Source: Candidatus Saelkia tenebricola (GTDB lineage Bacteria > Omnitrophota > Gorgyraeia > Kaelpiales > Kaelpiaceae). Taken from it: DNA of 64,000 nucleotides. The stretch lies in assembly GCA_030765145.1 (NCBI GenBank), contig JAVCDA010000010.1, positions 119,344-183,343 on the forward strand, in the 5' to 3' direction. Under the pieces are notes generated by a model. That model worked only from the letters and a program-made list of their open reading frames with translations, was not told the origin of the DNA and did not search any database. The translations under genes and the position numbers were made by a program. Of the stretch, positions 51,078 to 60,456 are shown one piece after another. Within the stretch, counting starts at the first letter, position 1. Every line of letters begins with the position of its first letter.

Positions 51078-52799
51078 ATGACAGATAAACTATTAGCATT
51101 AAGACACTCTGCGGCTCACGTTATGGCGGATGCCGTTAAATCGTTATTTCCGGATGTCAAACTCGGAATAGGTCCTGCCATTGAAAATGGTTTTTATTAT
51201 GATTTTGATTTAGAGCATAGATTTACACCTCAGGATTTGGAAAAAATTGAAAAGAAAATGCAAAATATTATAAATAAAAACTGTGCTTTTGAAAAAAAAG
51301 AGCTGTCTAAAAAAGAAGCAGGCGCGCTTTTTAAAGAAAAAGGCGAACACTACAAGTTGGAGCTTTTGGATGAAATTCCACAAAGCACAGTAAATATTTA
51401 TGGGCATGGAGATTTTATAGATTTATGTAAAGGTCCTCATGTTCAAAAAACAGGAGAGATTAAAGCTTTTAAACTTCTTTCAATAGCAGGTGCTTACTGG
51501 AGGGGGAATGAGTCTAATAAAATGCTGCAGAGGATTTACGGCACGGCATTTTTAGAGAGAGATATATTAGATGCTTATCTTGAAAAATTAAAAGAAGCAG
51601 AAAAACGGGATCATAGAAAATTAGGCAAAGAGCTGGGTCTGTTTTCTTTTTTTGAAGAAGCTGGGGCAGGGCTAGTGTTTTATTTGCCTAAAGGGGCGAT
51701 TTTAAGAAAAATAATCGAGGATTATATTTTCCAAAAGCATAGCAAGAAAAATTATCAGACTGTAATTACGCCCCATATTTTAAAATCAGATTTATGGAAA
51801 CGTTCTGGACATTACGATTATTACAAAGAAAATATGTACATATTTCAATCTGATAATACGGAATATGCAATAAAGCCTATGAATTGTCCGGGTCATATTC
51901 TGATTTATAAATCACAACGTCATAGCTATAGAGAACTTCCGATAAAAATGTTTGAAGCAGGAACAGTTTACAGAAATGAAAAAACCGGAGTTTTGCACGG
52001 CTTGTTAAGAGTTCGAGGATTTACACAAGATGATGCACATATATTTTGCCGTGAAGATCAACTGCAGCAGGAAATCATTGATGTTATTCTTTTTACTAAA
52101 GAAATAATGGATGATTTTGGATTTAAAGAATTTGAAATAGAGCTAAGTACGCGTCCTGAAGAGTCTATTGGTAGTAATGAGGAATGGGGAAAAGCAACAG
52201 CAGCTTTGATTAACGCATTAAGCGAGCTGAGCTTAGAATATACAACACATCCAGGTGAAGGGGCTTTTTACGGGCCGAAAATAGACATCAAACTTAAAGA
52301 CGCTTTAGGCCGTCTTTGGCAATGTGCGACAATACAATGTGATTTTGCCGGGCCTGAAAGATTTGATATCACATATATCGGAGAGGATGGGAAGTCCTAT
52401 CGTACTATAATGCTTCACAGAGCGATTTTGGGAAGCTTAGAACGTTTCATAGGAACTTTAATCGAACATTACGGTGGTGCTTTTCCTCTTTGGCTAGCAC
52501 CTGAACAAGTGCGGATAATTGCTATTTCAGAAAAATTCCTTGCATATAGCGAAAATTTAAAGACAATGTTAGATAAGGAAAACATTCGTGTTACTGTTGA
52601 TAGGCGAGATGAAACCTTGGGTTACAAAATAAGGCAGGCAGAGCTGGAAAAAATACCCTACCTGTTAATTTGCGGGAAGAAAGAGGAGGAGGCTAAAACA
52701 GCCTCGGTTCGTTCCAGGAAAAACGGAGACGAAGGTAGTGTTGAACTGGAACGGTTAATTAAGAGATTAAAGGAAGAAGCCTATGGTAAGACCGTATAA
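51078..52799 (+). CDS. thrS: Threonine-tRNA ligase (short form, no N-terminal TGS domain)
   Basis: RHSAAH, DLCKGPH, RDHRKLG, KPMNCPGH, GAFYGPK, HRAILGSLERF. Confidence 0.98.
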   Translation: MTDKLLALRHSAAHVMADAVKSLFPDVKLGIGPAIENGFYYDFDLEHRFTPQDLEKIEKKMQNIINKNCAFEKKELSKKEAGALFKEKGEHYKLELLDEIPQSTVNIYGHGDFIDLCKGPHVQKTGEIKAFKLLSIAGAYWRGNESNKMLQRIYGTAFLERDILDAYLEKLKEAEKRDHRKLGKELGLFSFFEEAGAGLVFYLPKGAILRKIIEDYIFQKHSKKNYQTVITPHILKSDLWKRSGHYDYYKENMYIFQSDNTEYAIKPMNCPGHILIYKSQRHSYRELPIKMFEAGTVYRNEKTGVLHGLLRVRGFTQDDAHIFCREDQLQQEIIDVILFTKEIMDDFGFKEFEIELSTRPEESIGSNEEWGKATAALINALSELSLEYTTHPGEGAFYGPKIDIKLKDALGRLWQCATIQCDFAGPERFDITYIGEDGKSYRTIMLHRAILGSLERFIGTLIEHYGGAFPLWLAPEQVRIIAISEKFLAYSENLKTMLDKENIRVTVDRRDETLGYKIRQAELEKIPYLLICGKKEEEAKTASVRSRKNGDEGSVELERLIKRLKEEAYGKTV

Positions 52800-53328
52800 T
52801 CGGTATAATAGAGGGAAACCTCAGAGAAGAACTAATATTAATCATTGGATTAAGGCAGAAAGAATAAGATTAATTGATGCAGATGGAACTCAAATTGGGA
52901 TTGTACCGCTGGAGGAAGGGTTAAAACTTGCAGAGCAGCAAAGCTTGGATTTAGTTGAGATTGCTGGTCAAACAAATCCTCCGGTTTGCAGAGTTTTAGA
53001 TTTTAGCAAATTTAAATATCAGCAGGATAAAAGAGAAAAAGAAGCCAAAAAGAAACAAAAGCACGTACATTTTAAAGAGGTACGCCTGAAACCGAGGATA
53101 GAAGAGCATGATTACCAGGTTAAGCTTAAAGGAATCAAGAAATTTTTAGAAAAAGGAGATCGTGTTAAAATAAGACTTTTTTTCAGGGGGCGGGAAATGG
53201 CTCATCCTGAATTAGGAGATAAGGTGATTAAAAAATTATTAGAAGATGTTGAAGAGATAGCAAGCGTTGAAAAACCTCCTACTAGGGAGGGTAGAAATAT
53301 CATCTGCGTTTTATTTCCGAAGCATTAG
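52783..53328 (+). CDS. infC: Translation initiation factor IF-3
   Basis: RLIDADG, DLVEI, PPVC, KEVRL.P.I..HD, FRGRE. Confidence 0.97.
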   Translation: MVRPYNRYNRGKPQRRTNINHWIKAERIRLIDADGTQIGIVPLEEGLKLAEQQSLDLVEIAGQTNPPVCRVLDFSKFKYQQDKREKEAKKKQKHVHFKEVRLKPRIEEHDYQVKLKGIKKFLEKGDRVKIRLFFRGREMAHPELGDKVIKKLLEDVEEIASVEKPPTREGRNIICVLFPKH

Positions 53329-53337
53329 GAGGAGAAT

Positions 53338-53535
53338 ATGCCTAAGTTAAAGACAAGAAAAGCTGTGAAAAAACGGGTTAAAGTTACAGGCACGGGTAAA
53401 GTTAAAAGAGCCAAAGCAGGGAAAAAACATCTTATGAGGAAAAAGAATTCCAAAAGAAGACTTTCTCTAAAAAAAGGAGCATATGTGAGTAAGGTTGAAG
53501 AGAAAAAAATTAAATCAATGCTTCCATATGGATAA
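53338..53535 (+). CDS. rpmI: 50S ribosomal protein L35
   Basis: MPKLKT…KRVKVTGTGK. Confidence 0.97.
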   Translation: MPKLKTRKAVKKRVKVTGTGKVKRAKAGKKHLMRKKNSKRRLSLKKGAYVSKVEEKKIKSMLPYG

Positions 53536-53559
53536 AAGCAAAACAGGAGGGAATATATA

Positions 53560-53919
53560 ATGGCAAGGGTTACATGTGCACCGACAAGGCGAAAAAGACA
53601 TAATAAGATTTTAAAAATGGCAAAAGGTTATCGTGGAGGGCGAGGGAAGCTCTTTCGTACGGCGATTGAAACTGTACACAGAGCGTTAGTGTACAGCTAT
53701 AGAGACAGAAAGGTGAAAAAAAGATTGTTCCGCAGGCTATGGATAACCAGGATTTCCAGTTCCTGTAAGAATGAGGGAATATCTTACAGCAAGCTTATTT
53801 ATGGATTAAATAAGGCAGATATTCAAATAGATAGAAAAAATTTAGCCGAAATGGCTATTAACGATTTGAATGGATTTAAAAAGCTTGTTGCTGTTGCTAA
53901 AGAGCAAATTGCCAATTAA
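53560..53919 (+). CDS. rplT: 50S ribosomal protein L20
   Basis: MARV, AKGY.G, YRDRK.KKR.FR.LWI.RI. Confidence 0.98.
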   Translation: MARVTCAPTRRKRHNKILKMAKGYRGGRGKLFRTAIETVHRALVYSYRDRKVKKRLFRRLWITRISSSCKNEGISYSKLIYGLNKADIQIDRKNLAEMAINDLNGFKKLVAVAKEQIAN

Positions 53920-55217
53920 TGCAAATAAAGCCTGCACGAATAATAGCCCTAAGCTTTCTTATCGCAATCTTTTTTGGGGTGTTATTTCTTCTTCTACCTG
54001 TTTCGACAGAAGGAGAAATAGCGTTTATTGATGCACTCTTTACAGCAACATCTGCTGTTTGTGTAACAGGGCTGGTTGTTCAAAATACAGGTGCATTTTT
54101 TACCTCATTTGGCCAGGGGGTAATTTTGGTGCTGTTTCAACTGGGGGGGTTAGGAATAATGGCCTTCTCTACGATTTTTGCTTTAATGTTAGGCAAGCGG
54201 ATTACTATTAGAGGTAGACGGGCCTTAAGCGTTGTTTTTGAAAATGTAGAGATAGATGTCAAAGTTCTTTTGAAATGGATTTTTGTTTGCACCGTTCTTA
54301 TGGAAGCACTGGGCGCTGTGATCCTAAATTTTTATTGGCGCGATTTAGGTTTTTTTAATGCACTTTTTCATTCGGTTTCTGCATTCTGCAACGCAGGGTT
54401 TTCTTTGTTCCCAATGAGCCTGCAGGATGCGCGTTCAAGTATTCTGATAAACGCTGTATTTATATTACTGATTGTTAGCGGGGGTATAGGGTTTTTAGTT
54501 TTATACGATCTTGGAAGATTATTAAAACATAAAATAATAAAAAAAGATATGCGATTGACTTTGCATTCAAAAATGGTTTTGATTATAACTATTGCGTTGT
54601 TTATATTGGGAGCAGTTTTTCTGTTTATCTCAGAAAATCAAGGAGTATTAGAAGGGACTACTTTAAATAGTAAAGTATTGGCTGCATGTTTTCAATCCGT
54701 AACAGCACGGACTGCTGGTTTCAATACTGTTGAGATTGCAAAGTTGAATCCCGGGTCTAAAATGTTGCTTTCAATGCTTATGTTTGTTGGAGCGTCTCCA
54801 GGATCTACCGGTGGAGGTGTAAAAACAGTAACATTCGGGTTGATTATTTTAGGGATTGTGGCAATCTTACGAGGCAAAAATCAAATCAGGTTTTTTAACA
54901 GAGCAATACCGCTTAAGCTTTTTGAAAAAGCGGTTGTTATTTTCACTTTAAGCATACTATGGATATTCTTTGCTGTATTGGTACTGTTTTTTACGGAGCA
55001 GCAGAATGCCTTGCATATAATTTTTGAAGTTATTTCTGCTTTTGGTACTGTTGGATTATCTTGCGGGATAACTGCTCAATTGACCATTATAGGAAAGTTG
55101 ATTATAATTCTAACTATGTTTTTTGGAAGAATTGGCCCTATGACTCTTGCTATTGCTCTTGCGAGACGAGAGACAGGTGATTTTAAATTACCCGAAGAAA
55201 ATGTAATGGTGGGCTAA
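53919..55217 (+). CDS. ktrB: Ktr/Trk potassium uptake membrane subunit
   Basis: Four pore loops: SAVCVTGL, SAFCNAGF, ARTAGF and SAFGTVGL. Confidence 0.92.
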   Translation: MQIKPARIIALSFLIAIFFGVLFLLLPVSTEGEIAFIDALFTATSAVCVTGLVVQNTGAFFTSFGQGVILVLFQLGGLGIMAFSTIFALMLGKRITIRGRRALSVVFENVEIDVKVLLKWIFVCTVLMEALGAVILNFYWRDLGFFNALFHSVSAFCNAGFSLFPMSLQDARSSILINAVFILLIVSGGIGFLVLYDLGRLLKHKIIKKDMRLTLHSKMVLIITIALFILGAVFLFISENQGVLEGTTLNSKVLAACFQSVTARTAGFNTVEIAKLNPGSKMLLSMLMFVGASPGSTGGGVKTVTFGLIILGIVAILRGKNQIRFFNRAIPLKLFEKAVVIFTLSILWIFFAVLVLFFTEQQNALHIIFEVISAFGTVGLSCGITAQLTIIGKLIIILTMFFGRIGPMTLAIALARRETGDFKLPEENVMVG

Positions 55218-55262
55218 ATAGTTTTTAACAAAAGTTTAGTTAGAAGCTGATAGGAGGCAACT

Positions 55263-55916
55263 ATGAGACAGTATGCTGTAATAGGTCTTGGCAAATTTGG
55301 TCAGAGCGTAGCATTTACATTAGCAGAAAATGAAGAACAGGTTATAGGTATTGATTCTGCAGAAGAGGTGATTAAGGATCTTGCCGATAAACTTACTAAT
55401 GTTGTTCAGGCAGATGCCAGAAACGAAAAGACGTTAAAAACATTAGGCATTACTGATGTTGATGCGGCAATTGTTTCTGTAGGAGGGGATTTTGAGGCCA
55501 GCGTTTTAATTACTTTGGCGCTTAAGGGGCTGGGTGTTAAAGAAATTGTTGTTAAGGCCAACTCAGAAAGCCAGGTTCAAGTGCTTGAAAAAATAGGTGC
55601 AACTCGGGTAATTCAACCTGAGAGAGATATTGGCGTAAGACTTGCTAAATCTTTAGTATCCCCGCGGATTATAGACCATATAGAATTGTCCAGTGACTAT
55701 AGCCTGCTGGAAATGGCGCCACCTAAGGATTTTATTGGCAAATCTTTAAAAGCATTGGATGTCAGGGCACAGTACGGGATTAATGTTATTGCCGTGAAAC
55801 ATGAGCATGGAGAAATAGATATTGCTCCTGCTGCAGGGCATGTGATTAAAGAAGGAGATCTTTTGATTGTTATAGGCAAAAATAAAGATATAGACAAAGT
55901 AAAGAAAAAAGCGTGA
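55263..55916 (+). CDS. ktrA: Ktr/Trk potassium uptake NAD-binding subunit
   Basis: VIGLGKFG Rossmann motif and RCK-C tail. Confidence 0.92.
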   Translation: MRQYAVIGLGKFGQSVAFTLAENEEQVIGIDSAEEVIKDLADKLTNVVQADARNEKTLKTLGITDVDAAIVSVGGDFEASVLITLALKGLGVKEIVVKANSESQVQVLEKIGATRVIQPERDIGVRLAKSLVSPRIIDHIELSSDYSLLEMAPPKDFIGKSLKALDVRAQYGINVIAVKHEHGEIDIAPAAGHVIKEGDLLIVIGKNKDIDKVKKKA

Positions 55917-56929
55917 ACATCACAGATATCCAAAATATATTTACAGAAGCTGAGGAAAAAATTAGTCAGGCAAGTGATTCTAATGAGCTTGATGAGATAA
56001 AACATTTTTATTTGGGCAGGAAAGGTAAAATGGCCCAAGTTATTAAACAGATTCCGGAATTACCCGAAGAAAAGCGTCCTTTAGCAGGTAAAGAGTCTAA
56101 TATCATAAAAGGGAAGATACAATCATTGCTTTCAGACAGAACTCAGCAGCTGAAAACAGGCCAAGAAAAAACTCAAAAAATAGATACTTCTTTACCCGCT
56201 GTTAAACGAACTCTTGGCGGGAGACATCCTATCACAATAGTAATAGACGATATTTGTAAGATTTTTGAGCATATCGGATTTACTCTTGTAGAAGGCCCTG
56301 AGATAGAGACGGATTACTATAATTTCAAAGCTCTAAACATCCCCGAAGGACATCCTGCCAGGGACAATTTCGCTACTTTTTATCTGCCCAAAGACAACAT
56401 GCTTTTACGTTCCCAGACCTCACCTGTGCAGATAAGAATTATGAAAGATGTAGAACCTCCGTTAAGAATTTTATCTCCGGGTAAGGTTTTCAGGCCTGAT
56501 AATTTGGATGCCAGCCATTCTTTTATGTTTCATCAAATAGAAGGATTAGTGGTTGATAAAAAAACTAATTTTACGCATCTTAAGGCGTCATTATCGTACT
56601 TTGTAAAGAATTTTTTTGGAAGAGATGTTACTATGAGGTTTCGGCCGCATTATTTCCCTTTCACAGAACCGTCTGCAGAGGTTGATATTGCCTGTATTAT
56701 ATGCGGTGGAGAGGGGTGTTCTGTGTGCAGCAGAACAGGATGGCTTGAGATTCTTGGCGCAGGCATGGTGCATCCAAATGTTTTAAAAGAAGTAGGGATT
56801 GAAGAATCCATATTTCAGGGGTATGCTTTCGGGCTGGGTATTGAGCGGATTGCTATGCTTAAGTACGGTATTACTGATATCAGAATGTTTTTTAATAATG
56901 ACATGAGGTTTTTAAAACAGTTTTCATGA
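55913..56929 (+). CDS. pheS: Phenylalanine-tRNA ligase alpha subunit
   Basis: HPAR, RSQTSPVQ, FHQIEG, FPFTEPS, GLGIER; carries a CxxC..CxxC insert. Confidence 0.98.
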   Translation: MNITDIQNIFTEAEEKISQASDSNELDEIKHFYLGRKGKMAQVIKQIPELPEEKRPLAGKESNIIKGKIQSLLSDRTQQLKTGQEKTQKIDTSLPAVKRTLGGRHPITIVIDDICKIFEHIGFTLVEGPEIETDYYNFKALNIPEGHPARDNFATFYLPKDNMLLRSQTSPVQIRIMKDVEPPLRILSPGKVFRPDNLDASHSFMFHQIEGLVVDKKTNFTHLKASLSYFVKNFFGRDVTMRFRPHYFPFTEPSAEVDIACIICGGEGCSVCSRTGWLEILGAGMVHPNVLKEVGIEESIFQGYAFGLGIERIAMLKYGITDIRMFFNNDMRFLKQFS

Positions 56930-59004
56930 AAGTTTTATTATCTTGGCTAAAAGATTTTGTTGATATCGATGTTTCTGTTGAGCAATTAGCAGATACTCTT
57001 ACAAAAAATGGTTTGGAAGTAGGAGAAATTCAATCTGTCGGGGAAGACTTTGTTTTAGATATTGAGATTACTCCTAATAGGCCGGATTGTCTTTCTATCG
57101 TAGGCGTAGCCCGCGAGTGTGCTATTGGGCTAAGTAAAAGATTTACTCCGCCCAGGCTAATATTTTTACCCAAAATATCATCGGCTTATCTAAAAGAAAC
57201 GAAGTTTGGGGTTACAATAGGTGCTCAGGAGGCATGCCTTAGATATATTGGCAGAGTTTTGCTCGATGTAGAAATAGCGCCGTCTCCGGATTTTATCAAA
57301 GAGAGACTGGAAAAAATCGGTTTGCGTTCTATAAATAATGTTGTTGATATAACAAATTATATTCTAATCGAGACCGGACAGCCTATGCATGCTTTTGATT
57401 ATGATAAAATTGAAGGAAAACAAATAATTGTAAGATTTGCCAAAGAAGGAGAGCAAATAATTTCTCTCGATGAGACCCAAAGACAGCTATCGAAACAAGA
57501 CCTCGTTATTGCAGATATCAAGCGACCGATAGCTTTAGCAGGCATTATGGGAGGCTATGATACAGAGGTTACATCTAAAACAAGAAATGTTGTTTTAGAA
57601 AGTGCTTTTTTTCATCCCCAGACCATTAGAAAAGCTGCCCAAAGACATGCTTTGACTACAGAGGCATCGTACAGATTTGAAAGAGGTGTTGATTTTCCAA
57701 CAGTAGATACAGCTTCTGTATATGCGGTGGACTTAATATCCAAATATGCATCAAGAAGTAGCAATAAGACCACAGTGATTATTGATAAAACCGTAGATGT
57801 TATAATAAAACAAGTTGCACTTTCTTCCAAAGTTGTTTTGAAGTATGAAGACGTAGAAAAGGTTCTTGGTATTATGCCTTCTGTGTTTTGGATTCGTAAA
57901 CTGATCAAAAATTTAGGATGCGAAATAATGTCGGTTTCCAAAGAAAGTCTCAAAATCCAAGCCCCAAGCACAAGGAGTGATCTTAAAATAAACATCGACT
58001 ATATAGAAGAAATAGCGCGGTTTTATGGTTATGACAAAATTCCCTCGCAGGGATTACCCGAGCTAATGGTTGAAAAAGAGCCGGTTCTTAAAAATTTTAG
58101 CGAAAAAGATTTTGAGAACCAAGCTAAGGATGTTTTTATTAAAACAGGTTTGAGAGAAGTGATTACCTATGCCTTGCTTTCCGAAGATGAAATAGAAGAA
58201 CTTAAGATCAAGAACACCTTACCTTTAAAAAACCCTCTGGCAAAAAGTTATTCTGTTTTACGGCCGGTGATTTTTCCTTCTCTCTTGAAAGTTGCAAAAT
58301 ATAATTTTAATCGTGGAGTTTATGACCTTGCTATCTTTGAACTGGGTAAAGTTTATTCCAGCATAAACAGTGAGCCTTGTGAACGCAAGGTGGCGGGAAT
58401 TTTATTGTCCGGGAAGAAATACCAGGATTGTTTCGGTAATGAAATAGAATATAACTTTTATGATTTAAAATTTGCTGTGGAAACTTTATTGAGTTATTTT
58501 AAAATAAGTGATTACAGCATTAAAGAAGCAAAGCAAATGTTTTTTTCTAACTCTTGTTCGGCTGAGATATCGGTGTCTAATGAAAAATCTGCATTGATAG
58601 GCAAGGTCTCAGGTAAAATAAAGACTTACTATGATTTGAAACGGGATATTTATATTGGCGAAATTTATCTCGACACAATTAAGAAAGGAATGAAAAATGT
58701 AATTCGACATCAGAAAATTACCCAATATCCGTTTATTGATAGGGATTTTTCTTTGCTTTTGCCTAAAGCTGTTTCTGCCGGAGAAATTATAGAGCATATC
58801 CAAGGCAAAAATGATTTAATTTGTGCGGTAGATATAATAGATGTTTATGAGGGTAAACAAATTCCTCTTGACATGAAAAGTATCACTATAAGAATAAGAT
58901 TCCAATCTGACGAGAAAACCCTTAAAGATGTAGAGGTTGATAGGATTTGTGAAGGGGTTAAAGAAACTCTGGTAAAAGAATTGCCTTGTCAAATCAGAAA
59001 GTAA
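56926..59004 (+). CDS. pheT: Phenylalanine-tRNA ligase beta subunit (short, lacks the B2 OB-fold)
   Basis: TPNRPDCLS, NNVVDITNY, GQPMHAFD, RFERGVD, and a C-terminal FDX-ACB domain (RDFS). Confidence 0.97.
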   Translation: MKVLLSWLKDFVDIDVSVEQLADTLTKNGLEVGEIQSVGEDFVLDIEITPNRPDCLSIVGVARECAIGLSKRFTPPRLIFLPKISSAYLKETKFGVTIGAQEACLRYIGRVLLDVEIAPSPDFIKERLEKIGLRSINNVVDITNYILIETGQPMHAFDYDKIEGKQIIVRFAKEGEQIISLDETQRQLSKQDLVIADIKRPIALAGIMGGYDTEVTSKTRNVVLESAFFHPQTIRKAAQRHALTTEASYRFERGVDFPTVDTASVYAVDLISKYASRSSNKTTVIIDKTVDVIIKQVALSSKVVLKYEDVEKVLGIMPSVFWIRKLIKNLGCEIMSVSKESLKIQAPSTRSDLKINIDYIEEIARFYGYDKIPSQGLPELMVEKEPVLKNFSEKDFENQAKDVFIKTGLREVITYALLSEDEIEELKIKNTLPLKNPLAKSYSVLRPVIFPSLLKVAKYNFNRGVYDLAIFELGKVYSSINSEPCERKVAGILLSGKKYQDCFGNEIEYNFYDLKFAVETLLSYFKISDYSIKEAKQMFFSNSCSAEISVSNEKSALIGKVSGKIKTYYDLKRDIYIGEIYLDTIKKGMKNVIRHQKITQYPFIDRDFSLLLPKAVSAGEIIEHIQGKNDLICAVDIIDVYEGKQIPLDMKSITIRIRFQSDEKTLKDVEVDRICEGVKETLVKELPCQIRK

Positions 59005-59030
59005 ATCAAATAGAGGTAGAGAAACATTTC

Positions 59031-60338
59031 ATGCAAAGTTTATTCCATTCTTCTCAAAGCGATAGTGTTACTTTAGCGGTTCGAATGAGGCCTGGGAAGA
59101 TTGAGGAATTTGTTGGCCAAGAACACCTGTTGGGGGAAAATAAAATACTTAAAAGAGCTATTGATGCAGATAAAATAGTTTCCCTCATTATTTACGGACC
59201 TCCGGGTACAGGGAAAACTGCGTTAGCAACAATTATTCAGCATAAGACGAAAGCTCATTTTGTCAGGGTTAATGCCGTTGCTTCTAACGTATCCGAGTTG
59301 CGGGAAATATTAAAACAGGCAAATCACAGGTTGCATCAGGGGTTAGGGCGCACGCTTTTGTTTATAGATGAAATACATAGATTTAACAAAGCTCAGCAGG
59401 ATATCCTGCTGCCGGATATAGAGGGAGGCAATCCAATCTTAATCGCAGCAACTACTCATAATCCGTTTTTCGTATTAACTCCGCCGTTAATTTCTCGTTC
59501 TTTGGTCTGTGAATTCAAATCTTTAAGCGAAGAAGATATTTTAAAAATTTTGAAACGTGCTTTAGAAGATAAAAAGAAGGGGTTAGGAAAGTCTAATATT
59601 ATAGTCGATAAAGAAGTTTTATGTTTTTTTGCAAAGGTTTCAGATGGTGATGCACGCAGGGCACTCAATGCTTTAGAAATTGCCTGCTTAACGACTAAAA
59701 AGAACAAACAAGGTTTTGTAAAAATTGATTTAAACATTGCTCAGGATTCAATCCAGAAAAAAGCTGTGCTATATGACAAAGACGAGGATGGGCATTATAA
59801 TACAATTTCAGCATTTATTAAATCAATGCGCGGTACAGATCCTGACGCAACGCTTTACTGGCTTGCCAAAATGATCTATGCCGGGGAGGATCCAAGGTTT
59901 ATTGCAAGAAGGATTTTAATAGCAGCCTCAGAAGATGTTGGTAATGCCGATCCTCGAGCGTTGCAGGTTGCACAAGCTGCTTGTTATGCGGTTGAGTACT
60001 TAGGTATGCCTGAGGCACGTATTCCGCTTGCACAGGCTGCAGTATATATAGCCTCTGCGCCTAAATCTAATGCGGCTTATGAAGGTATTGAGAAGGCACT
60101 TGAAGATATTAAGGAAGGGAAAACACTTGAGGTACCAAAACACCTCAAGGATACTCATTACCAGGGAGCTAAAAAATTAGGCCATGGAGAAGGTTATAAA
60201 TATCCACATTCATATCAAGGCGGATGGGTAAAACAAAATTATCTCTCTAAAGATGTGAAGTATTATTTTCCTAAAAACATAGGCTATGAGAAAAAGATTC
60301 AAGAGTTTTTAAAACAGCTTGAGGAATTAGCAAAATAG
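59031..60338 (+). CDS. rarA: Replication-associated recombination protein A
   Basis: LAVRMRP, GPPGTGKT, DEIHRFNKAQQD, ISAFIKSMRG, SEDVG.ADP. Confidence 0.96.
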   Translation: MQSLFHSSQSDSVTLAVRMRPGKIEEFVGQEHLLGENKILKRAIDADKIVSLIIYGPPGTGKTALATIIQHKTKAHFVRVNAVASNVSELREILKQANHRLHQGLGRTLLFIDEIHRFNKAQQDILLPDIEGGNPILIAATTHNPFFVLTPPLISRSLVCEFKSLSEEDILKILKRALEDKKKGLGKSNIIVDKEVLCFFAKVSDGDARRALNALEIACLTTKKNKQGFVKIDLNIAQDSIQKKAVLYDKDEDGHYNTISAFIKSMRGTDPDATLYWLAKMIYAGEDPRFIARRILIAASEDVGNADPRALQVAQAACYAVEYLGMPEARIPLAQAAVYIASAPKSNAAYEGIEKALEDIKEGKTLEVPKHLKDTHYQGAKKLGHGEGYKYPHSYQGGWVKQNYLSKDVKYYFPKNIGYEKKIQEFLKQLEELAK

Positions 60339-60412
60339 AATAGGTAATTATATGCGGGGAAGATTGTTTTTGTCTTCTGCAATATCTTCAGAGAATTTTT
60401 TAAGGATAATGC

Positions 60413-60440
60413 TTGAAAATAATTAAGGGAAAAGTAGAAT
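60413..60440 (+). promoter_or_regulatory. Putative mutSL promoter
   Basis: TTGAAA-N16-TAGAAT. Confidence 0.45.
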
Positions 60441-60456
60441 ATTAGAGGGCAAAACA

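Noticed and set aside
60350-60385. Terminator after rarA
   Set aside because: The stem is imperfect and lacks a U-tract.
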